Counted from the stretch's first letter, positions 10,240 to 23,343 are shown. The stretch is 64,000 nucleotides of DNA from Rotaria socialis (GCA_905331295.1 CAJNYD010000012.1:1-64000); one strand, 5' to 3'. The notes: generated by a model from the letters alone, not told the origin. Numbers and translations are program-made.

Positions 10240-11193
10240 ATGACTGCTCAAGAGAATATGCGTTCACAAACATTAGATAAATATAAAGAACTTAATGAAC
10301 AATTACGTGAATTTCTTAAAAATATTCTTCTCTTCGAAAAATCTACTTCACTAAATGAACAATTAGATTCAACTATTAATGACAACGGTGGTATATCATT
10401 ATTATCAGTAAAAAACGATTTACTTCTTCAATATATGATTAATCTTATTGGTGTTATGCATCGACGATCAACACCAAATCAATCATTGAATTCGCCATCG
10501 ACACGTTCAATGATATTACGTCTTTGTGAAATTCGTACATTTATTGAAAAAATTCGTCCGATAGAACAAAAATTACAATATCAAATGGATAAATTATTGA
10601 AAAATAATCTTGATCAACAACTTAACTATCGTGCTAATGTAGAAAATTTCGATGAAGATATTAATGAAAATGACAATGATAATACAGATGAAAATCAAAC
10701 GCAAGAAGATAAACAAAAACCAAAAGTTTATCGACCACCTAAACTTGTACCTGTTGAATATAATGACGATGTGAATGATAAAAATGAAAATGGAACAACT
10801 AATAAACGTCTTGAATATCTTAAACGACGAGCTTTTCATTCCGACATATTAGAAGATTATAAAAATAAATATTCTGATGCCCCAGAAGAAGTTTATAATA
10901 GTGAACGTAGTCGTTTATTACAACAGAATCGTGCATATAAAGAAAAAGTAGCGTACGAAGAAGACTACTTAAAACGCTTACCACAAACAAAACGTGAACG
11001 TTTACAATTACAACGATCAATGATGAACAATGATAATGATATTATGAGTCATTTAGATGATGCAAATGTATTGTTTGATGATAATCCAAAAGGTATAACG
11101 AAAAATAAAAAAGGCAAAATGTCAAGAAGAACTAAAAAACGTGTGGAAAAGAAGAAAACAAAGTCAGTTAAACGACTGAAATCAAGAAAATAA
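10240..11193 (+). CDS. NGDN: Neuroguidin/Lcp5 (Sas10/Utp3/C1D family), intronless
   Basis: GISLLSVKNDLLLQY, RLCEIRTFIEKIRPIEQKLQYQMDKLL, VYRPPKL, YSDAPEE, YEEDY..RL and a basic tail. Confidence 0.9.
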   Translation: MTAQENMRSQTLDKYKELNEQLREFLKNILLFEKSTSLNEQLDSTINDNGGISLLSVKNDLLLQYMINLIGVMHRRSTPNQSLNSPSTRSMILRLCEIRTFIEKIRPIEQKLQYQMDKLLKNNLDQQLNYRANVENFDEDINENDNDNTDENQTQEDKQKPKVYRPPKLVPVEYNDDVNDKNENGTTNKRLEYLKRRAFHSDILEDYKNKYSDAPEEVYNSERSRLLQQNRAYKEKVAYEEDYLKRLPQTKRERLQLQRSMMNNDNDIMSHLDDANVLFDDNPKGITKNKKGKMSRRTKKRVEKKKTKSVKRLKSRK

Positions 11194-11328
11194 TTGTTTT
11201 TCGTTTCGTTCTTTGTTGTTGGTTATATAATAAACATCATTGATAAGAAATTCTTATATTTTTCTTCCAGCTAATCGCTACAGAACTGAAGTTCATTGAT
11301 GAACTAACATCTTCAAATTAGAATATTG

Positions 11329-11655
11329 CTACTTTTCAGTATCAATACTGGTTACACTAATCACATCATTGTCTTTGTTTTTTGATGAAATGGTTGTTTG
11401 ACGAATAAAGCTTGTTTCTTTTCGTTTTTTTGAAAATCGATAATTACAAGCGGATATGCATATAGTGAGAAAAATTAAACCAATAAGAATAATGAATATA
11501 ATAGCTGGATAACAATACCATGGACATACAAAAGATTTATTTGTCGCTGTTTCAGAAATAGGAGTATCGATACTTCGAATAGGTATTGAAAATACAGATT
11601 TAAATAGTGTCAAAAGAAATATTCTTTCGTTACCCAATCGATTTACTATTAACAT
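11329..11655 (-). CDS. Small single-pass membrane protein of unknown function
   Basis: CPWYCY then a hydrophobic stretch PAIIFIILIGLIFLTICISAC and a basic stop-transfer RFSKKRK. Start is uncertain. Confidence 0.55.
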   Translation of the reverse strand: MLIVNRLGNERIFLLTLFKSVFSIPIRSIDTPISETATNKSFVCPWYCYPAIIFIILIGLIFLTICISACNYRFSKKRKETSFIRQTTISSKNKDNDVISVTSIDTEK

Positions 11656-11770
11656 GAATAATATACAGAATTTTGCGCCGAAGGATATAATTTATTATTA
11701 TTAATATTTTAATGAATTGCTTTAAAAAAATACTCTTTAAAACACAAAGAAAAATCACAATGAAATCAAT

Positions 11771-12418
11771 TCAGTCTCTTGGCAGGAAATTCTTCGTAAA
11801 TAAATCTTTTGCAATTCGTTCATATTCCACTTTGTTAGTATCAAATAAACTAGCTGCCTCTAGAAAAAAAAAGCAGGCAAATGCATTGCACATGAGAACT
11901 AATTCAATAAAAAAGAAAATAGACCTGGATGCTTAACATGATCCATAGCAGGGTTATCGATAATTTTGATTATTTCTTCAATAATGGCAACAAAGGAAGT
12001 TTGTGGCTTCCATGCATCTTTATTACTCAACATATCAATGCAAACCTCACCTAGATACAAGAAAATATAATTTCAGAATAGAGTAATATTCATAGATCAA
12101 ACATTATTCACCGTTTTTATCTATATTAGGATGATAAATAGGACTTCTGACGTAAACTTTTGGTGGTCCAAATGGATAATCAGGGCCTACTACCAGTTGG
12201 ATCCGAATAGAACCTGTTTTGTAAAGATCTGAATTCGGCAATACTCGTCCAGTAATAACCCAGTCTCCCGTTGGTGGTGCATCATCTTCGTCATCTGGGA
12301 ATGGTGTTGTCTCAAGAATAAATTTGAAGGGTGCACTACTTTTTGGTCCAATATTTTTGAGTTGACAAACATTGCTGTGAGCTCGTTTTACTCGTAAATT
12401 TGGATCGTCCTTGCTCAT
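11771..12418 (-). CDS. E2 enzyme copy 2 (exons 12418-12112, 12050-11925, 11859-11771)
   Basis: YPFGPPKVYVRSPIYHPNIDKNG|EVCIDML..WKPQT. Ends FLPRD*. Confidence 0.9.
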
Positions 12419-13426
12419 TTTCAAGTCTAAAGTAGTTGTACTCTATAATGCTTGCTTGTTATAACCAAAAGAGATTTTACAAAGAGAAAAAATGTGGTAT
12501 ACGTAGTGGCTCATGTTTTCTTTTTCGTCAAAAAGGAAGAAGAAGAACAGAAAAAACAAATTGCGCAGTTAAAAAATAGAAAGAGGTGGAATGTTTGCTT
12601 TTTGGCATAATTGCAACATTCTCATAAATTATATATTCTTTTATTCTAAAGAAAAACTAATCACTATTTGAGTAAAATGCATCTTTTTCTTGCAAACCTA
12701 CACAACTAGAGAAAACAAGCAATGCTATCAATTTAAATTTACATTTTTCAATGTCAATAGTGTACCATTGCTTTCAAAAGCCTTCAAGTTCGTCGCTTGT
12801 GCGAGAGGAAAAACACAGAGAGCAGAAAAATATTTTTTAATGCATATTATAGATGTCAGTCTTCAACGATGTCAAAGATAAGGAGACATCAATGTATGTT
12901 ACATTTCATGTCATCATGAGCTGGTTTTTCGAATAAAATGTACGCTGTGTAAGATTAGATTTTCCTGTGAAAGAGAATTTGCGTCATCGTTGATATCATG
13001 TACAATAATTAGGACATATGTTTCCTACTAGTGAGATCTGTATGAAATACTAAAGAATGTTATTTACTCTGTTGTTCAGAACTACTTTGATGAAAGCTAA
13101 ATTTTCATAATATTAATTGAAGGAAGCTTTGTGCTCTAATTTTCATTGGACACCTTACGAAACTATTTATAGTGTTAGTATCTCATCTATAAAGATTTCA
13201 TGAGTTAGCATGTTTTATTGTTAATGAATACAACTAAAATATGTCATCACAATGAAACTTTATTTCAAAATGAAGCGACAAGAATCTGATATTGGTTTTG
13301 AATGGCTATCTAAAATAGCTGTTTATGAAGTTATTTTGATATAAAACAAGCTTCTGCAGTGTATCACATAATAAAAAAAACCAAACAAATATTGAGTCCG
13401 TTGAAAAGAAAACACCAATGCGATCT

Positions 13427-14067
13427 TTATTTACGAGGTAAAGCATGTTTCTTGACATATTCCAGAGCTTTACGATTGAATTCAGGTCGATTTTCCTTGT
13501 ATTCACGGCCGAGTTCTACAAGAGACAATAAAATATATTAAGTTAAGTTAAAAAAAAACCAACTGACCAACACTAAGTGCATAATCAATATTGGGGTCGT
13601 CGATATGTTTTACAACAGCTTTAACAACATCAGGCAGCGATATTTTATTGTTCCATTTTGCATGCTTTTGTAATAGTTCATTACAAAACTTTCCTAAAGA
13701 AAAAAAATTATCAAAACAAGTTTGATTCCCTTTTTTGCTCGTGGCTTTTCTTACCATCTTGTCCAACCAATGGATGATAAATTGGCGTAAGAAATCGTAC
13801 TTCAGGAGGATCAAAAGGGAATGAGTTTAATATTTTCATTTCGATCATAAATGAGCCCTGATTATATATATCTGAATCGGGAAAAATTCGTCCCGTAACG
13901 AGGACTTCTCTTTGGTTCGCTGAAGCAGATGATTCGCTTTCATCATCATCATCATCATCTTTAAACGGTGACTGTTCAAGTTGAAACTTAGGAACCGAAT
14001 TAGTGTTTAGTAATTTTAATAGAACTATATTATTGTATAGTTCCTTATTTAGTTTTGGTCCGGACAT
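13427..14067 (-). CDS. E2 enzyme copy 3, HPN->HPL variant (exons 14067-13755, 13693-13568, 13515-13427)
   Basis: FPFDPPEVRFLTPIYHPLVGQDG|KFCNELL. Ends KHALPRK*. Confidence 0.9.
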
Positions 14068-15136
14068 TTGTTTTCTCTTCAATCTAAAACGATCGAATAA
14101 CTCTATATTGATTTTAATCAAGAGAAAAAGGAAGTATTTAGGGATGCGCAAAACATTTTTTGATGCTATCAATAAACAAAATGAAAATTAGATGGCGTAC
14201 TTTTCGAATTCAGACGTTTTCCATTTTTTTCTTACTATATTATAACATAGAAGAAAAAGAAAGACTTACAAGCCAGACACACTAAAGTGTGTAAATATAG
14301 GATATTATTATTATCGTTCTCGACTTAGACATTAAAATAACAACACAGATAATTGTAGATGTAAAAAGAAAACAACAAGGCTGGCTTTTGTATTAGAAAT
14401 GCGATCGAGCTATTTGATGTTTTGGAGGAAAGAATCTTTCAATAGTATCGTTCTTTCGAGTAATTGTGATTTGTTTTTATATAGAATAGTATTTTCGGCG
14501 AAGTGCTCTCATAAAAAAAACATACCTAGTCGCAAATCAATGATAGTTGCGATGCATTTTTTTTCATCCTGTAGAAAAGAAAAATGACGATACCTACACA
14601 AAGCGTTTCGTCGCTTTATGCGTTTCTGTGTGCACTGGAATATTCCAATGTGCAAGCACCATTTTGTTTTAATGATTCGAGGCATCTCGATTGTAGATGA
14701 CGCACTTTGTTTACTTGAATTTGTTTATTGGAAAAATATATGCCTCACTGACGTTTTAATCTCACCTTGTTTTTTTCCATGCAATTATATTTATAGATGT
14801 TATTATTATCCTCTATAAAATATTCTTCTTTTTGTAATTATATTAAAAAAAACTATTGTGACAGACACAGGGAGAGAGAGAGAGAGAATCATATTGAAAT
14901 GTTTGTTGTCTTGAAAGTTATACATACAAAAGATAAGGCTAGATGCTGAGCAAACTCTTGAAGTTATTTATAAAATAGCAAAAGCAAACGTAAAGCAGCT
15001 TCGTATTTCAGAAGTATAAGAGTAAAAATAATTTCAATTTTAAATACAGTCTCCTTTCGAGAAAACTTCGGCTTTGAAAAATATGATACAGTTCATAGTT
15101 CAATATTCGCCTGAATGCTCACATTGAATTTCAAGG

Positions 15137-15776
15137 TCATTGGCGAGGTAATGAATGCTTTTTAATCATTTCTAATGCTTTTCGATTGAACTCAGCTCGA
15201 TTCTCCATATATTCTTTTCCTATATCTATATACAAGATAGAATTAATCGAACGGATTCGAATACAAAACAATATTTTTACCATAAATAGCAGCGTAATCA
15301 GGATCAGGATTATCAACATGTTTGACGATAGTTTTAACGACTTCGACTAAAGTTGTTCCCGCCTTCCATCTCGAAGCATTGTTCAACAATTGATGACAAA
15401 ATTTACCTAATTATATCAAAAAAGTTTGTTAAGAGTGTTTTTTCTTCTCCTAAACTTCTGTTCACTTACCATCGGCGGATATATTAGGATGATAGATAGG
15501 AGTTAGAAATCGAACTTCCGGTGCTTCATTAGGGTAGTTTGATGTTAATCTCATCTCTATTCTTAACGCACCCTCTTTAAAAATGTCGGATTCAGGTAAA
15601 ATTCTTCCTCGGACAAAATATACGTCTTTTTCTATGGCAGTTTCTTCTTCTTGTTCATCATCAAATGGAGAATCTTCCAGTATAAACCGAACTGGTGCAT
15701 CTGATTTGGTTAATAATTTCAGTCTAGTAATATTAGCCCAAAGTGCTTTGTTTAATTTTCTTCGGCCAGCAGCCAT
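15137..15776 (-). CDS. E2 enzyme copy 4 (exons 15776-15470, 15406-15281, 15225-15137)
   Basis: YPNEAPEVRFLTPIYHPNISADG|KFCHQLL. Ends KHSLPRQ*. Confidence 0.9.
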
Positions 15777-17671
15777 TCAGTCGACGAGTAGCACTGAAAT
15801 TAAAAAACAAATAAGTCATTTAATACTTAATCGTTTAGTTCATTTATTTATGCAAAAAAAAGCACAAAATGGCATTCTTCAGTGATGAAACACATTCCTA
15901 TACGATTTTGTAGTCAGATATTAACATTTAAATGATCTTTATGATGTGTGCGTATGACTACAGAAGTTTGTTTTTGACTGGCATTTAGTAATGAGCCGGT
16001 GGTAACTTCCAACTTAAATATTTTTTTCGATTGGTAATATTCCTCCGCGCCCCTCCCCCTCCTCTTCATGGGTTTTAAACAGGCAGTTACTCTCAATTTC
16101 TTCCAACTATTTGATAGTTCGATTTGAGTAATGAAGAAAGGAAAAATGTGTGAATTTTCCCATTAACACATTGATTTCCGTAGTAAGTTGGCAAACATTC
16201 ATGTCTTGATTGAATCAGATCTTTTAGAAATTACCTTGTACAAGAAAATACTGTCACGTAAAAGATTAAGGGTACAAATTTTGTTCGAAACACAGAGGAA
16301 GAAGTTTTTTTTTGAAAGCCATCATACTATTTATGCTCTTATCAGGCTTATCTTTTGCAAATATAATGTTACATGAGTTTTTCTTTTTCGTCTTTACAAC
16401 GTACTTACTTTCACGAGTATGTCATACGACAGAGAACGATTAGAGTTTGTTGTCGATTATGAGAAAGTGTCGCACTATTTCTGACAATATTTTCCTAGTT
16501 GGATCATTTGAATAAAATATTTCCTTTTAAAGATTCACTGAACTAATTAAATTAAGAAAATTTCGTAGTTTTATTTTTAACCTTTAAAGGCCCTGTTTTA
16601 ATTGATTTCAACGCGCATCACTGCTTACTTGTCAGTGTTCTTTTTCAAATTCGATTACTTTTTTCACGAAAAAATATGATTTTTCGTTGATAATGCTATG
16701 CAAAAAGGAGTGAGTAAATGAGTAGTAGTCATTGCGGCAGTCATTTTATCGTCAAAATAATACAAAACTCAAAAATATCTACGTATGCACTAAAACAACG
16801 AAGAAAAAAGATTGCTTTATTTATTTTTTGATGGGCATTGAACGTATCTTGAGAGTGTGTGAATATCGATAGTGTCTTCTGCTTCGAGTAAATTCAACAA
16901 GTAGAGGAAAGTTACTGATCCGTACACTTGTTTTACAAAGATTTTTGTCTTGAGGACTATTTTAGTTCTAGACTCAATGAGTACTTCCTATCTTCAACTG
17001 AAAATGTTCGCTTTTTGTTGGATTCTCTTCACGATTGAAAAAGTCGAAAAGTTATCAAGTATATTATTCTGACAACAGTTTTCTTTTTGAATCATATTGA
17101 TTGGCTTCAATCTTGGCCGTATCCCACAAATTACTAGTATATCTAATCTACTTTCAGTTGCTTGTGTTCAGTTTCGTATCCGTATTTTATTTTTCGACGA
17201 AACAGGAATCTACCCAATTCATCAAAGGTTGTCATGTGATGATGAAACAGGCAACTTCCTTCTGTAAAGTGATCAGAAAGATCATAAAACGTCATACGTG
17301 ATTTTATCCACGACTTCACACGTAAATTTTTCTTTTCAAATATTTCTCTTGCATGAATATCAATCTATTGCGTACTTACATATTCTGCTGAATATTTCTC
17401 TCATATGAATCGGTTGATTACTTAATTTGTATGAATAGAAATAAATCGTAGGGAGGTTTCTGTTACGATTATTATTCATACGATTTACCTATTGACGAGA
17501 AGCCTATGTGAGCTAATCAACTGCGATTGATATCTGGAAAATATTGCTAGTTCTGAGGCTGAAGATGAAAGAAAAATGCAAAATAAATCGAGGGATCTAT
17601 GTAATAGTTTTAGTTTTGGTAATTCTAAAAGATAAGCACTATTTTAAAATATGTGCTTAAATTTATTGCTA

Positions 17672-17896
17672 CCCAGTCAGACAAGCGTTGAAAAAAACGG
17701 TGTTTTTTCGCGTAAAAAGCGCACACTTTAACGTTTCATGAAATTTATGAGTGTTTTTTCGGAAAATAAACGAACCTTGCGACTGACAACATTGAGAAAC
17801 TCATTTGATTCGAAGCAAAAAACGTGCTTTAACAGATCAAAATGTGCGCTTTTTAGGCGTAAAAACACCGTTTTATTCAACGCTTCTCTGACTGGG
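17672..17896. mobile_element. MITE, 225 bp, long TIRs, TA target-site duplication
   Basis: TA|CCCAGTCAGACAAGCGTTGAAAAAAACGGTG...CACCGTTTTATTCAACGCTTCTCTGACTGGG|TA. About 55 bp inverted repeats with few mismatches and no ORF. Confidence 0.88.
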
Positions 17897-18074
17897 TAAT
17901 GATACTCAAAATTTCGAGAGCCCTAGAAATAAAAACTGATAAACAGATCAGTATCTTATAGAATACATTCGTGTGCAAAATAAATTAGCTTAATTCATAT
18001 TTTGCGCGCTCATCATTTTACTATAAGATCATCTTAGTTAGTTCTATTCACTTCTCTATTAAGTCATATTGTAC

Positions 18075-19376
18075 ATGTCGTCTATGTTATTATCTGTTTC
18101 AATGATTGTTCATCTCTCTCTTGTATTCATTAGTTTTATTGCGTTCTCAAATTCACAAGCCAACACAATTAATAAAGCATGTTCTACAGGTGGCTCTACG
18201 TGTGGAGCAGGACAAGCATGTATCAATGATCTTTGCGAATGTGATCCGACTCATAGACGTTTTTGGACCGGTGAAAAACATCAGTGTCGTGTTTGTCCAC
18301 CTGGATATATTCGTGCACGTAAATTGAGAATAAGTTTTCTTGTTGTCGATGTTCTTGTTTCCTTTCAGCAACTCGATGTTACAAATATTTTAAAGAATAT
18401 AAAAATCAAAGTGAAGCCCGCGCTATTTGCCGTAAAGACCAAGCGGATTTATTTACCTGGCGAGATAATACCGATGAAAATGAATTATTGAAAGCATCAG
18501 CTGCTGAATGGAATTATAATTATGAAAATGTTCAAAATCAATTTTATTCTTGGAGTGGTGGCATGGCTCATCATGGTCAAGGTTAATCATTGAGGTTCTT
18601 TTCGTTTTCGTTTCCTTTCCCATCGATTTGTACGTTAGGTGAAAGACTAGAATATGAAATAACTTGGTTCGACCCAAAAGGACCTACTATTCCTCATCCT
18701 GATACAGGTGATCAGCTCACTGATCGATATTGTAATGCAATGACAAAAACAAACTATCACGGAGATCCTGAACCTACTCGACAAACTAGAAATGGCGAAA
18801 GAGAAGATTGTGTCACCATTGTTTTTCTTCCTCAACCAAAATCGCGCGGATTAATTTGTATGGCCGATGACTTTTGTTCATCAATAATGGGATTTATATG
18901 TGAATTAAGTAGGTATTGATTTTTTCAATTGATTATTGAGGAAATGTGTTTGTTTTTATGATAGCTGAAGCAACATTATCAGGTGTTTATCAAACACGTA
19001 AGTGTTGACATTGACTATGAAAGTCACAGCGGTTTATTTGTTAAGAGAAATCTTAAGACAAAACAAAATATGATTTCTTTTAGCTCCAACACCAGATAGA
19101 ATAGTAGATGATATTTTAATCGAAACTTCGGGTGAAAATGAAATAATCGATGAACATTCTGAGCAAACTGAAATTCTTTCACCTATTGAAGAAAAACAAA
19201 AATCTAATCTATTAATATATGTAATTGTTGGTATTGTGCTCCTTGTAATTATTGGCGTTGTTACGTTTGTTGTCCTTCGATACCGAAAGAAATATAATCC
19301 AACAATGAATGTTTCCCCGACAAATAGTATAACTACTTCTATTATGTCAAGTGGTGATCTACATGAAAATGCTTGA
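18075..19376 (+). CDS. Type I membrane C-type lectin-domain protein with an N-terminal Cys-rich (EB/EGF-like) module; multi-exon
   Basis: Signal peptide; CSTGGSTCGAGQACINDLCEC; CPPGY..|RCYKYF..ARAICRKDQADL; EDCV...DDFCSSIMGFICE; TM LIYVIVGIVLLVIIGVVTFVVL-RYRKK; stop at 19374-19376. Confidence 0.85.
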
Positions 19377-20651
19377 AGTTTATTATAATTTAAGATTAAA
19401 GAATTTCTTTATATTTAATTTATTTTACTTTGTTGTAGTTAAGTTTAAAATTTATCTCTAATTTGTTTGAAAAAATGATCATAAAATATGAAAACAAAAC
19501 CATTTTCAAGTAATCAAATTTAAAGATAGAAGGACATCGCGCCCTTATTTTCGTCATTCATCGTTTCTTCATATGACGGACGCAAATCGGATTGATGTAG
19601 GTTCTCTTACTCGATTAGTTGTACAAGTTATTATTTTTCTCTTCTCGTCAAGCACGAGTCAATGGCAAGATTTCATGTGTAGAAGACGAGAAGAAAAACT
19701 TTAGAGGCCGAAAAGTATTCTATGCATCAATGATCAATCCTATAAACAAAACGTAAGGGAGATTGGCTATCCTCGTATTATTTTTAGTGCTGTTGCAATC
19801 ATTTGGATTGATTGCTAGTGTATTCAACCCCCGTTTTGTTTTTCGAATCTATTCCTCGTGGCAATTACACAACCGTAATATAGAATACTCTAGTTTTCAC
19901 AATGATACGTGTCAATGCTAAAAGAAATAGAGATTTCAAAGCTCGATAAATTCAAAACGAAATTTGGTCCATTCAGTAGAAAAGAATCCGATGCATGACG
20001 TGGAATCACGTGGCTTTTTTGTGACGGCTTGACTTATTTCATTGATAAAAGTGTGCGTACTCGTTGTACAGCTAGAATGTATTTGATTGCTCTCTTGAAG
20101 TCAGCCGGTTTTTATGTCATGCTGATTAATTCGCAAACCGAATCTGAATTGATTTTCGATCAAATAGAGCCTTGTAGAAGAATCAAAATTATATCTAAAA
20201 CAAAATATTCGAGAAATTTTTAGGAAATTGCATATTTGACATAAAGATTGAGTTGACTGTCACTGTGTAGATAATGTTACGATATAGAATGAAGAGAACG
20301 AAAATTCGAAAGTAACCAATTGACAGCAAAGTTGAAAAGTAGTCAATATATATATATATATAGACCGATCGATGATCTCATCATTGGCAATGAATCGATT
20401 AGCATTCTATTATTATTATTATAGAAGTTGCTGTCGTCATTTGTAATAGCACCTGATATCCGACAATCACACATAGAGCTGAACAGTGTCGTTCCGTTCG
20501 AATGAGGTATGTAATGTTGCATGTTGCATAAAAAAGACATTTGTGGAATGATGATGAATTCTATAGTGCATTTGCCATTTTTGTTTGAGTGACTCAAATT
20601 CTGATATTGTGTTTGTTATACAAAATATTCAATATCGGAAATAGTCGATGA

Positions 20652-23012
20652 ATGTTCACGCCAGAAATACGTTTTGTTTTGTTCTTCGCAACTTCTATCT
20701 TGTTGTGTATTGAATTGGCTCTTGTCGGTGATAGTAAATCGAGTGCTGGTTTCTTTTCAAGGAACAGTATTAACTTTGATGCGAACGAAAATGTGAACAT
20801 CATATCAAATGCAGGTGCTGAGAGGGGAGTTCGTAGAAATACCATGGATCGAATAAAAGCTTACACGAACGTGCACAAGATGCATAGTGTTGTTTCTTTT
20901 GATGGCTCACATATGATTCTTTTTGCTTTTCTGTTATGGAATATCGGTGTTGGTCATTGAGGGATTTTATCACGAACCCTTTCTTTATATTTGCTTTGTT
21001 TACATGTATAGTTTTGGTTATTTGCATGCTGGTTGTTTTTTTCACCGCGTCAAAAGCATCAGGTATGGAGTAGCGCATAGCTAGAAAAAATTCCTCCTGA
21101 CTTGTCCTTCATTAGAGTCATATGACTGATGAATCTCTATGAGAGAGTGATAATTCTATTAATTGATGTACCTATGTTACTTAGACACAATTTTTGAGCT
21201 CAATTCCAATAAAATAACTACAAATCCAATTGACTATAACATTGGTCCACGATCTGTCACCGTGGGCGACTTTAATAATGATACGTGACTATATATTGCT
21301 ATTGCCAATTACGCTGCTGATACTATAACTATAGTTTTTGGAAATAGCAATAGCACAGTGCCCATTCCAATAGTTTATTCAACTGGATCTAGGTCTGGCC
21401 CATAAATGGTGGCTGTTAGCGATTTCAACAAAAGATGAACAGTTAGATTTCGCAGTAGCATGTTTCGACACAAACAGTGTCAGTATACTTTTTGGACATG
21501 GATAAGGAGTTTTTGCAAGTCCAATAGTTTTTTCAACTGTATCATCTCGTCTAGTTCGGATCAACGTAGTTGATCTTAACAACGGCACAATATTTGATAT
21601 AACGACTGTAGATTATGGTACAGACAGTTTAAACTTATTTTATGGATATGTTAATGGAAGTTTTTCATTAGCCGGTACGTACTCGACTGGTTATGATTCA
21701 CATCCATATTCTATTGATATTGATGATCTCAACGACGACGTAATCTTAGATATTCCCATTACCAACCATGGAGATTACAGTGTCAGTGTACTACGGGGTT
21801 ACGCAACGGAACTTTCAAAACTCTTCAAATATATTTGATCAATAATGCTTCTCCATATTGTGCTTTGATTGTTGATCTCGCTAAAGACAATCGAAAGGAT
21901 TTAATTGTTACCAGTGCAGGCATTAACAATATCGTTTTACTTCTCGGATATGAAAATGGGAACTTTACATACTGCAAAAATTACTCGACGGGAGATTTTT
22001 TGACAGTTTCATTAGTGATTGGTGATTTCAATAAAGACGCTCGTTTAGACCTTACTGTGATTAATAATGATACGCGTAGTGCAGGTGTATTATTTAGCTA
22101 TGATGAACCCTCTTTCGAAAACAAAATGACATATTCTACGGACTCATCGTCATTTTCTCTAGCTGTTAGTGATTTTAATAACGATAGACGACTAGATATA
22201 ATCGTCGCGAATTACTTAATTACTTGAGTGCTACTGTGAGTATACTTCTGGGATATGGCAACAGCTCTTTTCCCAATCAAACAACGTATTCAACTGACAG
22301 ATGGCCACGTCCTGTACCTATTGGTGACTTTAACAACGATAGACGACAGGATATACTCGTTGCTACTGAGCGTGACGGTACCGTAAGTGTATTTCTCGGA
22401 TATGGCAACAGGTCTTTTGAAAATCAAACAACATATTCAATTGGACTTTGGCCAGGCTCTGTAGCTATTGGCGATTTCAACAACGACACTCGACAGGACA
22501 TCGCCGTCACTAATGCTTATGGCAAAACTTTAAGTGTAATTCTCGGATATGGCAATGGCACCTTTTCAGATAAAACAACATATTTAATAGACACTGGGCT
22601 CACGTTTATAACTGTAGGTGATTTTAACAATGATACTATACTCGATATCGTTGTAGCTAATCATGGTAGTGATAGTGTTGGTATATTTATTGAATGTGGG
22701 AATGGTTCTTTTTTAAGTTGAAAAACTTTCACGACTGATTTTGTATCTCAACCATACTCAGTTGGGGTTGGAGCTTTGAATGGTGATCTTTTACTAGATA
22801 TCATCATGGCCAATTATGGAACGAATGATATAGATATATTGATTGGAGATGGTAATGGCTCATTCACACCTGCAGCAGATATGACCAGGTGAGTATGCAT
22901 CTCGTCCGTTTTCTGTATCGGTCGGTGATTGTAACAATGGCGGGAAGCTAGATGCTGCGGTTGCTTACTCGGGTTTTGATAATTTAAAAGTTTTCTTCCA
23001 AACCTGTTGGTA
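20652..23012 (+). pseudogene. FG-GAP/VCBS beta-propeller repeat protein, pseudogene
   Basis: Numerous repeats of GDFNNDxxLDIVVAN...SILLGYGNGSF from about 21240 to 23010, with several stops and frameshifts. A hydrophobic 5' exon (about 20960-21062) precedes a GT donor. The 5' boundary is uncertain. Confidence 0.82.
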
Positions 23013-23343
23013 GTACAACTTTTCGAAGTTGAATTTTCTTTGTAATTACTGTTACTAAATTGTAACTTATATTACTGATATCTGACTTGTATACTTTCCG
23101 ATACTTCATCAGTTTTTTTCACAAAAAGAAAATGTTTTTATTGGAAAAGCTTCACATCAGTTTGTATCGATTCTCTTGTCTTTCATAATCGTATATAGAT
23201 ATTTAAATCACTCAAAGTTTTCTCTAATGAAATAATATATTTTCACATGGTGAAATACATAAGATAAAATAAACAAATAAGTTCTTTCAACCATATTTTG
23301 TATGTGTTTTTGCGCGCATTTGTTTATATCATCATTCTAATCT

